In this document: piece by piece, positions 34,420 through 44,996 of the stretch | How positions within the stretch are numbered: the stretch's first letter is position 1 | Layout of the letters: each line of letters starts with the position of its first letter | Source: an uncultured Acidobacteriota bacterium | GTDB taxonomy: Bacteria; Acidobacteriota; Blastocatellia; RBC074 | Assembly (NCBI GenBank): GCA_963796275.1 | Contig: CAWCKY010000001.1 | Coordinates: forward strand, 544,001 to 608,000 | Direction: 5' to 3' | Length of the DNA: 64,000 nucleotides | The notes under the pieces: model-generated | Database searches by the model: none | The model's input: only the letters and a program-made list of their open reading frames with translations | What the model was told of the DNA's origin: nothing | Program-made: the position numbers and the translations under genes

Positions 34420-35949
34420 ATGCCCAGAGACAAAGCCAAAAAGATCGAGCCAGAACCCAACAATTTCTCTTCAATAATTCCTATCGAAGATGACAAGAAT
34501 GCGGGTAAGAGCAACAACAAGGTCCTCCCGCTAGGATCCTCCAGGTATGGCTTCAACGTGCTGGATCAGAATGCTAATCGGGAAGGGCGTGGGGAAACGG
34601 GGGAGGCTCCGCCCGAACAGGGTGTGGAAGCGATGTCAGAGATCAAATCACGTGTTGAGGCGGTGCTTTCGCGCATCAAAGCCGAGACTTCCGAGATGGG
34701 ACTCAACGAAGGGCCGGATTATAAGACGGCGGAATTAGTGAAGCCCGCGGAAGTCCGGGTAGAGGCCAGAGTGGATTATCCGCCAGAGCATCAAGGCTCG
34801 GTCACCGGCTCTTTAAGCAACACGGGTCCCCTGGGTACGGGATCCTTAGGCACAGGGCCGTTACTCAAAAGCCTTACGAATGAACTGGAGCGCCGGCGGT
34901 CAGAACTTTTCGCGCAGGTGCGCATCGCGGAAGCCCGAGCGCAGGAGATCGAGGAAAGGTATAGGGAAACGGAGCGCAGGCTCGAACAGGAACTTGCTAT
35001 GCGCCGTACGGCCGAGCAGCGACTCAGGGAATTGGAGGATGAATACCTCCATCGCTTGACGGCCGCGGAAGAAGAGGAATTGAAGCGGCTCGACGCCGAA
35101 TCGGCGCGTGAAAGGGCCGAAGCCCAACTGCGCGAATTTGAAAAACGCGTCAAAGATGCCGAAGACACGATGTTGGTGGAAACCGAAGCGCACGTGCAGA
35201 GCGAGAAGGCGATGAGGGAAGCAGAGGCGAGGGCTGAAGCCGCCTCGCTCGCAGTCGCCGATGCCGAGCGCCGTCGGTCCGAAGCGGAAGCCAGGGCACA
35301 ATCGGCGGAGGATAATGCGCGAGCAATTGAAGGCCTGATAGATGAAGCGGAATCGATCGCGAATGCTGCCAGGGATAGATACAAGAACGCCGAAACCAGG
35401 ATGCAGCAGGAAGTTCAGCTGAGGGGCGAGGCTGAGGAGAAGCTTAAGACGTTAGAAAATGAGCTGAGTTATTATCTGGAAGTTGACTGGAGCAAGGTCG
35501 AGCCCAGATCAGACGACGCAGTGAGCGATCAGGCTGCGACGCACCTCAAATCACAAGTTGAATCGGAGCAGAAGGTGCGTGCGGCCGCCGAGGAAGCTCG
35601 CACGGCTGCCGAAGTCAGGGTTCGCCAGCTGGAAGAAGAGCTCTTCAAGTATGAGGAGAAATACCGCCAGGTGGAGGAGAAGCATCGCCAGGCTGAAGCT
35701 GGTTTCAAGAAGATATTGCGAAAGCAGGAATCGGAATTACGCTCTATGTCGGAGCAGGTCACCCGCGCGAATTCCACAACCACCGATCTTACTCTGGTTA
35801 AATCGCCCGGGAAAAATGACACGCATATAACTATCGCGGCAATGACTCGGAATGCGAAGCTCAAGCTGGTGGGTTACGGCGTCGTAATCTCATTTCTAAT
35901 ATATGGATTAAGCTACCTCGCCTACCAGATAATCATGCAGTTGACATAG
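34420..35949 (+). CDS. Long coiled-coil protein with C-terminal transmembrane anchor
   Basis: ~290 aa E/A/R-rich heptad region; TGSL/TGPL repeats; C-terminal LVGYGVVISFLIYGLSYLAY; SD AGGAG. Confidence 0.85.
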   Translation: MPRDKAKKIEPEPNNFSSIIPIEDDKNAGKSNNKVLPLGSSRYGFNVLDQNANREGRGETGEAPPEQGVEAMSEIKSRVEAVLSRIKAETSEMGLNEGPDYKTAELVKPAEVRVEARVDYPPEHQGSVTGSLSNTGPLGTGSLGTGPLLKSLTNELERRRSELFAQVRIAEARAQEIEERYRETERRLEQELAMRRTAEQRLRELEDEYLHRLTAAEEEELKRLDAESARERAEAQLREFEKRVKDAEDTMLVETEAHVQSEKAMREAEARAEAASLAVADAERRRSEAEARAQSAEDNARAIEGLIDEAESIANAARDRYKNAETRMQQEVQLRGEAEEKLKTLENELSYYLEVDWSKVEPRSDDAVSDQAATHLKSQVESEQKVRAAAEEARTAAEVRVRQLEEELFKYEEKYRQVEEKHRQAEAGFKKILRKQESELRSMSEQVTRANSTTTDLTLVKSPGKNDTHITIAAMTRNAKLKLVGYGVVISFLIYGLSYLAYQIIMQLT

Positions 35950-36027
35950 GGAAATGTTGATTTAAGACAAATAGGCCCAAATTATCATCTATCGTATCGT
36001 ATATCATCGCCCCCTATCGATCTGAGT

Positions 36028-36606
36028 ATGAAAACACGAAGTACGATTCAGATCCTTTTTACAGCGATCTTGTTCACAGCGGGAGCTCTCTCCACCGCTT
36101 ACTCTCAGGAACCGCTCCCCCCTGATAAGAAGAGAGCATTGCATAGATTCGATCCGGCCGATATTTTTCCTGAAGAGCGAGAATCTACGCGGGGGGCGGG
36201 TAGACGGAGGCAAAGGAGGGAAGGGCCCGCTGCATCCGCGGCTCCCAAGAATCCAGCGCCGTCATCTAACAGGCTGAGGTCGCTAACTCCGGCTCCGACG
36301 CCGCGGGTTTCTGCCGCTAAAGCGAAACCATCTCCGGCTCCTACTTTGGCGCCGACGCCTCAGGTAGAAGCTACGGCGACGAGTACCCCTGAGCTTGCAG
36401 CTACTCCTCAAATCGAGGCTACTCCTCAATTTGATGCGGTGGCGGCTGTCCAATCGTCAGGTATCTCGCCTCAGGTTCCCGGCGGAGATCAAGTTGGCGA
36501 CGGCGATGGGTTTCCCTTGTACTTCCTTCTCCCTATGCTCGGGTTGATTGTATTCGTTTTGATCGCTCTGATAATCAGTCTAAAAAAGCAACTACGTACT
36601 CCCTGA
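36028..36606 (+). CDS. Secreted Pro/Thr-rich protein with C-terminal membrane anchor
   Basis: Signal peptide, ATPQ repeats, C-terminal TM followed by KKQLR. Confidence 0.75.
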   Translation: MKTRSTIQILFTAILFTAGALSTAYSQEPLPPDKKRALHRFDPADIFPEERESTRGAGRRRQRREGPAASAAPKNPAPSSNRLRSLTPAPTPRVSAAKAKPSPAPTLAPTPQVEATATSTPELAATPQIEATPQFDAVAAVQSSGISPQVPGGDQVGDGDGFPLYFLLPMLGLIVFVLIALIISLKKQLRTP

Positions 36607-36988
36607 AGGTAGTTGTAAGATAGTTGTTAGTTAGTAAAGCGAAAAACGCCCTTTAGCAGAAAATAATGTATCCCCCCGATCGCAAGCGAAGAGCTTGCTT
36701 TTTATCACGTTTTTGGTCAAGATTTTGGCAGCGATCAGATCCATGATCATTGTAGTGACCGTAATCACAATTCAGGTCTTTAGGTTTAAGCCAGATACTG
36801 CCAGTCATGTAAACCCCGTGTCACAATCTGGCGTCATGAGGTATAAACCTACCAATCCTTCCAGCGCATAAAGTGATTTCAGTCGCGCGCTCCGTCCGCC
36901 TCACCACATGGACTGGGATTTGATTGAAGAGATGTTTGGTTAACCAATTGGTGCCCGGAACAAAGACATTGATGGGGGATAAAAACTA

Positions 36989-38104
36989 ATGAAGATCAAT
37001 TGTCCGAAATGCCAGTTCGAGAATCAGGCTGATTCGACACGAGTTGTTTGCGCGCGTTGCGCGACGATCATCGAAGTCAGATTAGATCAGGGTTCGAACG
37101 CAGATACCAATGGCAAGCGTCAGACTGCACGGCTGCCCTTTGGCATCAGCTCCGGCAACAATCAAGGGTCGAATAGCCAGCAATTGAATCAGCACCACGA
37201 CGTTTATGCGACACGTCTGGGCGAAGATTTCGATGATGTGCTCGATATCCCGCGCCCGGAACAGCCGAGCTATCAAACGGGTTATGAAACGCCATCTGTT
37301 TATGATGATGTCTTTGCCAGTCCGAGTTATGATTCATCGACGGCATATGATTATTCCTCAAACGATAGAAGGTCGAACCCGGTGGAGACTTTCCGGCCTG
37401 GCGCGTCACGGCAACGGGAGACGCAGGATTACATCAACGAGGCGGAGCCAGAGTTTATGGGTTGGCCTGTTCTGCCGGACGATTCGAAGGGTGCGGAAGG
37501 CGGCGAGCGAGTCTCTTCGAGCCGCGACGGCGTCTTAACCAGAATTGTGGCAACGGTCCTCATCTTCGGTGTGCTGGTCTCAGTCGCCTACTATTTCGTC
37601 AGCCTTCGAAAACCCGATGTCAAAGCTGCCAACAAAGCGCCTGCGACATCGACAGCGGCGGGCAGCGAAACGCAGAAGACCACCGATGTGGCATCAAATG
37701 CGGGAGCGGGAGAGGAAGCCAAGTCGGAACTCGCGACAGAAGCGCGATCCGAAGCTGAATCGCGCAATCCGGGCGAGGCTGTGTCTGTCCCCCCTGCTCC
37801 GGAGACTACTTCCAGCAATGTCACGCGGAGTCCGAGTCCTTCCATCCCCGTGATACCAAACAATGGCGAATTTACTATCCAGATCGCTTCCTTCAGCGAT
37901 CAGGTTCAAGCAAATGACCGCGCCGCGAGTCTACGACCTGCCGGCATCTCGGGTGGCAGCGTAGTCAGGGTTGATTTACCGAATATCGGCGTCCGTTATC
38001 GCGTCTATGTCGGCGGATTCGCGAGCAGGGAAGAGGCTGCGGGCGTTGCGCTGCAACTCAGGGCCAAAAACATAATTCAGGAATACCTAATAACAAGGAG
38101 ATAG
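36989..38104 (+). CDS. Zinc-ribbon / TM / SPOR domain protein
   Basis: CPKC..CARC N-terminus; single TM; FTIQIASF...YRVYVGGFASREEA SPOR pattern. Confidence 0.88.
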   Translation: MKINCPKCQFENQADSTRVVCARCATIIEVRLDQGSNADTNGKRQTARLPFGISSGNNQGSNSQQLNQHHDVYATRLGEDFDDVLDIPRPEQPSYQTGYETPSVYDDVFASPSYDSSTAYDYSSNDRRSNPVETFRPGASRQRETQDYINEAEPEFMGWPVLPDDSKGAEGGERVSSSRDGVLTRIVATVLIFGVLVSVAYYFVSLRKPDVKAANKAPATSTAAGSETQKTTDVASNAGAGEEAKSELATEARSEAESRNPGEAVSVPPAPETTSSNVTRSPSPSIPVIPNNGEFTIQIASFSDQVQANDRAASLRPAGISGGSVVRVDLPNIGVRYRVYVGGFASREEAAGVALQLRAKNIIQEYLITRR

Positions 38105-38197
38105 ATTCAGGATCGAATCGTTTCCTATTGCCGCATAGGTATATTTAGGTTACAGTAACCGGAACTTACGATTTTTTACCTTGAGAAGAGTTGAATC

Positions 38198-39787
38198 TTG
38201 AAGACTGAGATTATCGGTTTACAAGGCCAGCGAATATCGAAAGAGCAGGCGACGGTGAGAAGGATCAGTCCTGACCGGGCTCAGGTCTACGTGAAGATCG
38301 TCGAGCGGTATGCGATGCTTTTCGATAGGCCGGAAGTGCGCCTTCGCTTTCTCAATAACATGATCGCCAAGCAGGTTGTCCGGCAGAAGAAGCTGCAGCA
38401 CGCTCTTCGCCACTTTCGGTTTGTCGAGCGGACGCGGCTGTATGATATCCTGCTGGATGTTCGGTTTTATCGGTCGATCATGGAGGAACTGAGCGCATCG
38501 GCCGGGGCTGTCCCCATTCACCGCAGCAAGTATTTCCGTAACATCAGAATCCCCCTGACCGCCCGCACTGGGTTCTTCTGCTATCAATTCAGACATGCAA
38601 TCTACGGTACAGGCCTTATGCTTGCACTTCTCATGGTGTTCGGCATGTACTCGCTCGTCGGCTGGTCGGTCGGTCGGGTAGATAAATTGCTGGCCAAATA
38701 CTATCGACCCGGCTCATCCGAGGTCTTAAGGCAGGGCGAGGCGGCAGCAATGGTACGGCCACCGCGCCCAAAGGAAGCGGAGAAGACACCGGCCAAGCTC
38801 GAAAAGGTCTGGTTTCTCGATAAGAAGGGTAATATCGAGAGATGGAGTAACCGAGCCAGGATTCGAACCGAATTCGAGACTGAAAACCGCCCGCGCAGAT
38901 TCTACGCGATACCACGGGGCTCAGATACTGCCCCCGATAGATTACGATCTGACATCGTAGGTATCGTATATCACACTTCAGAAAGCCATATAGTTCCTTA
39001 CGATCCTGGTTATAGCGAGGATATAGTGAGAAGCTCGCGGGGTGTGATCAATTACATTCGAAACAACAAGCTGTATAACTATCTTATCGACCGGAGCGGC
39101 GATATCTATCGCATAGTCCGGGATGAGCACGCAGCCAATCACTCTGGCCATTCCATCTGGGCGGACAGTAATTATGCGTACGTCGGGTTGAATGAGAGTT
39201 TCATAGGGATATGTTTTGAATCGACGGTTAACGCCGATTCCAAAGAGATATTGACTGAGCCGCAGATCTTAAGCGGGAAAGAATTGACCGACGTGCTGCG
39301 CAACAAATACAATATCGATGATGCGAATTGCACAACGCACGGTCTCGTCTCGATCAAACCGGAACGAATGCTCGTTGCTTTCCATCACGATTGGGTTCGC
39401 GACTTCCCATTTGAAGCTATGGGGTTATCCGACAAATACAAGGTTCCTCCGCCCAACATCAGCGATTATGGGTTCACCTATGACGATGAGATATTGGCGA
39501 AGCTAAATGGTAAGTTGTGGGAGGGTGCGATTATCGCTGAAGCTGAATTCAAAAAACGGGCAGAGCAAGCCATCATCGACCCTCAGATTCTGCGCGAAAA
39601 TTTGCGTGACCGCTATTTGACTCAGTATTATGCACAGTTCAACAAATCGCCGATAGATAAGATCAGTTTTACCAGCGAAGAACCTCAAGATAAAACCAGT
39701 GGCCCGTCTTTCATCACACGATCAGCTTCTAGCAAGATGATCGTGGGATCATCCCGGAAAACCAAACCCGGCCGACGCCGGCGTTAA
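38198..39787 (+). CDS. Membrane-anchored N-acetylmuramoyl-L-alanine amidase (Amidase_2/PGRP-like)
   Basis: GIVYHTSES, YNYLIDRSGDIY, ANHSG, FIGICFE, THG; one TM after a basic N-terminal domain; start uncertain (TTG). Confidence 0.8.
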   Translation: MKTEIIGLQGQRISKEQATVRRISPDRAQVYVKIVERYAMLFDRPEVRLRFLNNMIAKQVVRQKKLQHALRHFRFVERTRLYDILLDVRFYRSIMEELSASAGAVPIHRSKYFRNIRIPLTARTGFFCYQFRHAIYGTGLMLALLMVFGMYSLVGWSVGRVDKLLAKYYRPGSSEVLRQGEAAAMVRPPRPKEAEKTPAKLEKVWFLDKKGNIERWSNRARIRTEFETENRPRRFYAIPRGSDTAPDRLRSDIVGIVYHTSESHIVPYDPGYSEDIVRSSRGVINYIRNNKLYNYLIDRSGDIYRIVRDEHAANHSGHSIWADSNYAYVGLNESFIGICFESTVNADSKEILTEPQILSGKELTDVLRNKYNIDDANCTTHGLVSIKPERMLVAFHHDWVRDFPFEAMGLSDKYKVPPPNISDYGFTYDDEILAKLNGKLWEGAIIAEAEFKKRAEQAIIDPQILRENLRDRYLTQYYAQFNKSPIDKISFTSEEPQDKTSGPSFITRSASSKMIVGSSRKTKPGRRRR

Positions 39788-39972
39788 TAACAGATTACAC
39801 AGCGTATCCGTAGAAAGCAGAAATGAAATTGCAGAAGAAATAGCCGTCACGCCAAATTCGAAGCTTTTTCACCTCGCAGTGCCCTCTTGCCGGCCATTCT
39901 GAATCTGTTTCCAGCATCTGCATTCTGAATAAACAATTCACAAATAAATAGATAGATCCGATATGGAGGAAT

Positions 39973-41010
39973 ATGGAAGAGAATAAGACAATGACGGTGA
40001 CGGTCGAAAAGGAGGTCGACGGTCCCGAGGTAGGGGCAGTGGGGCTAGATGTCGGCACCAGCCGCGTTGTCATGGCCGGTGGTCAGAGCGGACATAAGGC
40101 AGTAACTCAGCTCAATGCATTCGTCGGAGTCCCATACTCAAAGATGACTGAGGCCATCTTGCAGCAGAACAAGATGGTATACCATCGTAATGGGAAGGCG
40201 CTTTTCATCTTCGGTAACGACTCTGAGCGGTTTGCGAGCTTCTTCAATGCCGTCGCTCGCCGCCCTATGCAACATGGCGTACTCAATCCGCAGGAACCGA
40301 TGGGACAGCAGATCATTCAGGCGATCATCGAATCAATTGTCCCGCGCGGGCGTAAAAATCAGTTGCTTTGTTTTAGCACCCCAGGCAAAGGCGAGGGGGC
40401 GGACGCCAATCTCGTCTATCACGAAGCCGTCCTGAGAAATTTCCTGAACACCCTGGGATATGACTCGAAAGCAGTCAATGAAGGTCTGGCGGTTGTATTT
40501 GCCGAACTGCAGAACGAGAATTTCACGGGCATTGGAATAAGCTGCGGTGGCGGCATGTGTAACGTCTGCGTTGCTTTTCTTTCCGTCCCGATGTTAACTT
40601 TCAGCATCCCGATCGCCGGCGATTACATAGACTCGAGCGTTGCGGCGGTTGTTGACGAACCGGTCACGCGCGTCCGTTTGATCAAGGAAGAAGCGCTCGA
40701 TCTATCGCGCCAGCCCAGAGACAAAGTGACGAGCGCTCTGCAGATTTATTACGAGGAAGTGATCAATACTCTCGTCAGCAAACTGCGCGAGGAGTTCGAA
40801 AACTCCCGCCAATTGCCCAAGATCGACCGGGCGATGCCTGTCGTCCTTTCCGGAGGCACTGCCAAACCGCGCGGATTTCTGCAGAAATTCGAGACGGCGA
40901 TCAGAGCGGGCGGTTTCCCGGTACAGATCTCCGATGTTCGGATGGCCAGCGATCCGCTCACAGCAACGGCTCGCGGATGTTATATAGCCGCGATGTCGGA
41001 AGTCAGATGA
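39973..41010 (+). CDS. Actin-like ATPase, volactin/Mad28-like family
   Basis: GLDVGTS (phosphate 1), RRPMQHG, NEGLAVVFAEL, FTGIGISCGGGMCNV (phosphate 2), AGDYID, VLSGGT (adenosine), ARG; SD GGAGG. Confidence 0.82.
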   Translation: MEENKTMTVTVEKEVDGPEVGAVGLDVGTSRVVMAGGQSGHKAVTQLNAFVGVPYSKMTEAILQQNKMVYHRNGKALFIFGNDSERFASFFNAVARRPMQHGVLNPQEPMGQQIIQAIIESIVPRGRKNQLLCFSTPGKGEGADANLVYHEAVLRNFLNTLGYDSKAVNEGLAVVFAELQNENFTGIGISCGGGMCNVCVAFLSVPMLTFSIPIAGDYIDSSVAAVVDEPVTRVRLIKEEALDLSRQPRDKVTSALQIYYEEVINTLVSKLREEFENSRQLPKIDRAMPVVLSGGTAKPRGFLQKFETAIRAGGFPVQISDVRMASDPLTATARGCYIAAMSEVR

Positions 41011-41015
41011 TCGAA

Positions 41016-41087
41016 TGCGGATTGCGGATATCAGCGTGAGCAATAAGTTGAGTCGTAAAGATCGATTCGACGAATCCGCAATCCGCA
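41016..41087. repeat. AATCCGC heptamer inverted repeat
   Basis: TGCGGATTGCGGAT (41016-41029) / ATCCGCAATCCGCA (41074-41087), perfect. Confidence 0.7.
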
Positions 41088-41101
41088 GCTCATAATATAG
41101 A

Positions 41102-43183
41102 ATGGCCCCGTTCGATCCATTCGCCTTCTTATTTTTACCGCCAACCTCGGCGCCCGCATCTCTTTCTCCGTTCAATATCCTTGAGCTCGTAGGATTCGCA
41201 ACCGGCGCTTCTCTCTATCTATATCTTTGCTGGATGCTCTTTCAGCGATATGGCATTCGCCGCGTGGAGCGCTCCCTACTGGCTCTGGGTTTGAGCATCG
41301 GTTTGTGGCATCTGGGAAACTTTGCCGAATCGATTTACCTCCTGCTGATCGGCGCCAGAAGCGGGTTATGGTGGTTGAAATCGGCCAATGTCGTCTCCTA
41401 TGTCGCGCTCGCTTTTTTGCCTCCCACCCTCGCGCATGCTCATTTCAGGGTGTGGAAATGGTTCGACAAACGCGTTCCCACCCAGTTATTCAGGACACTG
41501 ATCATACTGGGATATTTGCCGCTCTTGATTCTCCCCTGGGTCGTGGCCAGGCTCTGGGATGATCCATATGAAGAGCCGATCCGAAAACTGTCTTTTCTTT
41601 TACTTCCATTTATCTTCTGGATCATCTTTATCTTCTTTGAATGCGCCGTGATCGATTGGCGGCTGGCTGCTAAATTGCAATCCGAGCGCGAGCGTAGATT
41701 TTTCGAAGTGTTCGGCGCTTCGCTCGTAATAATCGGCGGCCTGTTCCTGCTCACTTACGTCTTCGGTGCGAGGAACTGGGAGGTGCTCGGAAAATATCTC
41801 GATTTGATCGCGCGGCTCTCATCGATCGCGCCCGCGACAATAGTCGCTTATTACATCTATCGATATCGCTATCTGGAACTCGTTATCCGGCAGAGCTTCG
41901 TCTATGCGATTCTGGCGGCGATCATCATGATGGTCTACATCAACGGGATCCGCCGGTTGAGCATACTGCTCGAGGGGAATTACGGCGTACGCGCTGATGT
42001 CATCGAAGCTTTGCTGATCCTGGTCGTCATGTTTCTTGCGGGACCGCTGCGGCGCTTGACTGAGGGTTATCTGCAGCGGCTCTTCGCGCGCGAGGTGGGG
42101 CTGTATCGCGAACTTGTACCACAGGTCGGCCGTGCTGCTGCGAGCTATGGTGAGCTTGATCGTTTCGTCCAATTCGCCGAGAGAAGATTATCCGATGCAC
42201 TGGAACTGGTTGACGTGCGCATTATTCCCACCAATCTGGCAAGGAATGAGACCGCAGATGTGTGCCGCATAGCCGAGGAGCGGCAGCTAGCCGAGATCGA
42301 AGACAGATCGTTGCTCGGCCGTCTGGATGCGATTGCCGGATATTCGCTCTGGCGCGAAGGTCGCATAGTCGGTCTTATGATAGTAAAAGGCGAACCGCAA
42401 AGTTTGACTCCTGAAAAGCGGGAGGTGCTTGCGGTCCTGGCCGGACACATAGCCGTGGCCATAGAGAACTGTCAGCTTCTCGAAGAGAAAGTAAAACTGG
42501 AGCGCGAGCTGGCAGAGCGCGAACGTCTGGCATCGCTCGGCCAGATGGCGGCTACCGTCGCACACGAGATCAAAAACCCGCTCAGCGCGATCAAATCGAT
42601 CGCCCAGGTGATGCGCGAAGATGAAGGCGTGAGCCGCGAATATGGCCATGATCTGGACCTGATCACAGGTGAAGTTGACCGCCTCAATCGCACCGTATCG
42701 CAACTTCTCAGTTTTTCCCGTCCTGCCGCCGTTGCCTCTACCTCCGCTAGTCTCCGCGAAGTGGTTGAGAGCGTTCTCGCCATCACCCGCAACGAGGCCG
42801 AAGAGCGCAATATCAGAGTAACCATAAATCTTACGGCCGATCCGGACTTCGACGGCGAGACAGCCGCAGTGATCAAAGAGATCCTTCTCAATCTGGTCTT
42901 CAATGCTGCTCAGGCGATAAATCGCGAAGGCGAGGTAAACATTGAAAGCGAATTCAATGGCAGTAACCAATTGCATGTCTCCGTCACCGACGATGGAATC
43001 GGAATTCCGCTCTCTCTGCAAGAGAAAATATTTGAACCATTCTTTACGACCAAGCAGCGCGGTACAGGCCTGGGCCTGGCAATCGTCGCGAGGCGCACAA
43101 ACGAAATTAATGGGACAATCGATCTGAGCAGCCCGGTGCTTGAAGGACACGGCACGAGGTTTGATCTGAATTTCCCGGTATGA
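41102..43183 (+). CDS. Membrane sensor histidine kinase (multi-TM N-terminus, GAF-like, HisKA, HATPase)
   Basis: AHEIKNPL, NLVFNAAQA, DDGIGI, FEPFFTTK, GTGLGL. Confidence 0.95.
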   Translation: MAPFDPFAFLFLPPTSAPASLSPFNILELVGFATGASLYLYLCWMLFQRYGIRRVERSLLALGLSIGLWHLGNFAESIYLLLIGARSGLWWLKSANVVSYVALAFLPPTLAHAHFRVWKWFDKRVPTQLFRTLIILGYLPLLILPWVVARLWDDPYEEPIRKLSFLLLPFIFWIIFIFFECAVIDWRLAAKLQSERERRFFEVFGASLVIIGGLFLLTYVFGARNWEVLGKYLDLIARLSSIAPATIVAYYIYRYRYLELVIRQSFVYAILAAIIMMVYINGIRRLSILLEGNYGVRADVIEALLILVVMFLAGPLRRLTEGYLQRLFAREVGLYRELVPQVGRAAASYGELDRFVQFAERRLSDALELVDVRIIPTNLARNETADVCRIAEERQLAEIEDRSLLGRLDAIAGYSLWREGRIVGLMIVKGEPQSLTPEKREVLAVLAGHIAVAIENCQLLEEKVKLERELAERERLASLGQMAATVAHEIKNPLSAIKSIAQVMREDEGVSREYGHDLDLITGEVDRLNRTVSQLLSFSRPAAVASTSASLREVVESVLAITRNEAEERNIRVTINLTADPDFDGETAAVIKEILLNLVFNAAQAINREGEVNIESEFNGSNQLHVSVTDDGIGIPLSLQEKIFEPFFTTKQRGTGLGLAIVARRTNEINGTIDLSSPVLEGHGTRFDLNFPV

Positions 43184-43185
43184 AT

Positions 43186-43245
43186 AGTTTTCAGTTTTCA
43201 GTTGCTGAATTAGACCGTCCGACTGAAAACTGAAAACTGAAAACT
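43186..43245. repeat. CTGAAAA heptamer inverted repeat
   Basis: AGTTTTCAGTTTTCAGTT / ACTGAAAACTGAAAACTGAAAACT. Confidence 0.7.
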
Positions 43246-43270
43246 GTTGCGAAAGTGAGCTAGAGGAATT

Positions 43271-44731
43271 ATGGCGGATCTGAAAATCCTGATCGTTGAC
43301 GATGAAGAGGCAGCGCGATACGGAATGGTCCGCGCGCTCAAAAATTACGCGGTCCTTGAAGCGGCGAGCGTGGAAGAGGCGCGAAGAGAGGTCACCCGAG
43401 TTCGCCCGGCCTTGATCCTGCTGGACATCAATTTGCCCGGAGCGAGCGGGCTTGAATACCTGCGAGAGCTTGCGGCCACCATCGATGCGCCCCCCGTCGT
43501 AATGGTCACGGCGCACGGTTCAGAGCGCACAGCCGTCGAAGCTATCAAGGCGGGAGCTTACGATTACCTGGCAAAGCCATTTGAGGTCGATGAGTTGAGG
43601 CTCGTGGTAAAGAACGCGCTCGAAGCATCCAAACTCCGGCACGAAAACCAAAAGCTTCGAGCCGAACTCAAATCTGTGCGCGGGGCGGGCGAACTGCTGG
43701 GCGCCACCGAACGGATGCGGCGGATATACGATCTGATTGCCAAAGTCGCGATGACCGATGTGACGGTTTTGATTGCCGGAGAATCGGGCACCGGGAAAGA
43801 ACTCGTCGCGCGCGCCATCCACGACGAGAGCGCTCACCGACGCAACGGGGATTTCATCGCGATGAACTGTGCCGCATTACCCACGGAACTTATCGAGTCT
43901 GAGCTCTTCGGCCACGAAAAGGGCGCATTCACAGGGGCCGCGGGACAGCGGAAGGGGAAGTTTGAGCTGGCTCAAGGCGGCACGATCTTCCTCGATGAAA
44001 TCGGCGATATGAGCCTCAATACGCAAGCCAAGTTACTTCGGGTGTTGGAGGAGCGGAGAATCGAACGTCTCGGAGGTTCGCATTCGATCCCGGTCGACGT
44101 GCGCATCATCAGCGCCACCAACCGGGATTTGGCTTCGTCAGTGGCATCCGAAAAATTCCGCGCAGATCTTTTCTATCGCCTGCGCGTCGTAGAAATAAAT
44201 CTGCCACCCTTGCGCGAACGGAGTGAGGATATTCCGCTGCTCGCCGAAAATTTTCTCGCGATCTATGCCGGTAAGTACCGACTCAGTTGCGTAGAAGTCA
44301 GCGCGGAAGCGATGAAGATGCTCGTCCGGTACGAGTGGCCAGGCAATGTTCGCGAACTCCGCAATGTCATCGAACGAAGCGCGGTACTCTGCGACGGAAA
44401 GTCGCTGCGCGCGGATGACCTGCCGGAAGAGATAAGAGCAAACCGGCAAGCGGAAAGGTCTTCCGATAATTTCTGCCGCGCTTTCCCAACCGCCGCGAAT
44501 GAGGCGATAGAGTCCATGCAAATTCCATATCTCGCCGATTTTCGCGAGGCCCGGCGGGAATTTGAGCGCGCATATATCGAACGCGTATTGAAAGACACGG
44601 GGGGAAATGTGACGCGCGCTGCCGAAAGAGTCGGGATGCACCGCCAGAGCCTGCAGCAAAAACTGAAAGACCTTGGCCTCACGCGCCGCTACGTGGTGAA
44701 CGAAGAGGTGCAGGAATCGGATGACGAGTGA
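43271..44731 (+). CDS. Sigma-54-dependent response regulator (NtrC/AtoC family)
   Basis: REC domain (VDD, LLDINLP, KPF), [28 protein letters not shown], Fis-type HTH. Confidence 0.96.
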   Translation: MADLKILIVDDEEAARYGMVRALKNYAVLEAASVEEARREVTRVRPALILLDINLPGASGLEYLRELAATIDAPPVVMVTAHGSERTAVEAIKAGAYDYLAKPFEVDELRLVVKNALEASKLRHENQKLRAELKSVRGAGELLGATERMRRIYDLIAKVAMTDVTVLIAGESGTGKELVARAIHDESAHRRNGDFIAMNCAALPTELIESELFGHEKGAFTGAAGQRKGKFELAQGGTIFLDEIGDMSLNTQAKLLRVLEERRIERLGGSHSIPVDVRIISATNRDLASSVASEKFRADLFYRLRVVEINLPPLRERSEDIPLLAENFLAIYAGKYRLSCVEVSAEAMKMLVRYEWPGNVRELRNVIERSAVLCDGKSLRADDLPEEIRANRQAERSSDNFCRAFPTAANEAIESMQIPYLADFREARREFERAYIERVLKDTGGNVTRAAERVGMHRQSLQQKLKDLGLTRRYVVNEEVQESDDE

Positions 44732-44980
44732 AAGATTTGGATGGCAGGCAAAGGTAAAGGGAGCTAATAGCTTTAGCGGTTTTTCATCTGCAATATAGGG
44801 ATGGCGTGGAGTTGGGAGTGCAGTAGCCCGGGAAGCCGCTGGGCAACTCATTTTGGACAGCGAATCAGCCCGCTGGCGGAAGCGTGCGTGGCTCTCGCAA
44901 AGGAGTTATTACGGGAGTAACGCTCGCTGCCGCTTACGGTTCTTCAGGTATAATTTCCTATCTACGATCGCAGTATTTAT

Positions 44981-44996
44981 TGGCACTCAGGTTGCA
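44981..44996 (+). promoter_or_regulatory. Sigma-54 (-24/-12) promoter
   Basis: TGGCAC-TCAGG-TTGCA with exact GG-N10-GC spacing, 123 bp upstream of the 45120 gene and just downstream of a sigma54 activator gene. Confidence 0.75.

Noticed and set aside
39973-41010. Magnetosome island suggested by the Mad28-like actin
   Set aside because: No mam/mad genes in the window; the FTR1 gene 8 kb away is a common permease.
42287-43516. 409-aa antisense ORF, and other long antisense ORFs at 8508-9389, 19975-20799 and 57498-58361
   Set aside because: Shadow frames of well-conserved genes caused by codon bias; no protein motifs.
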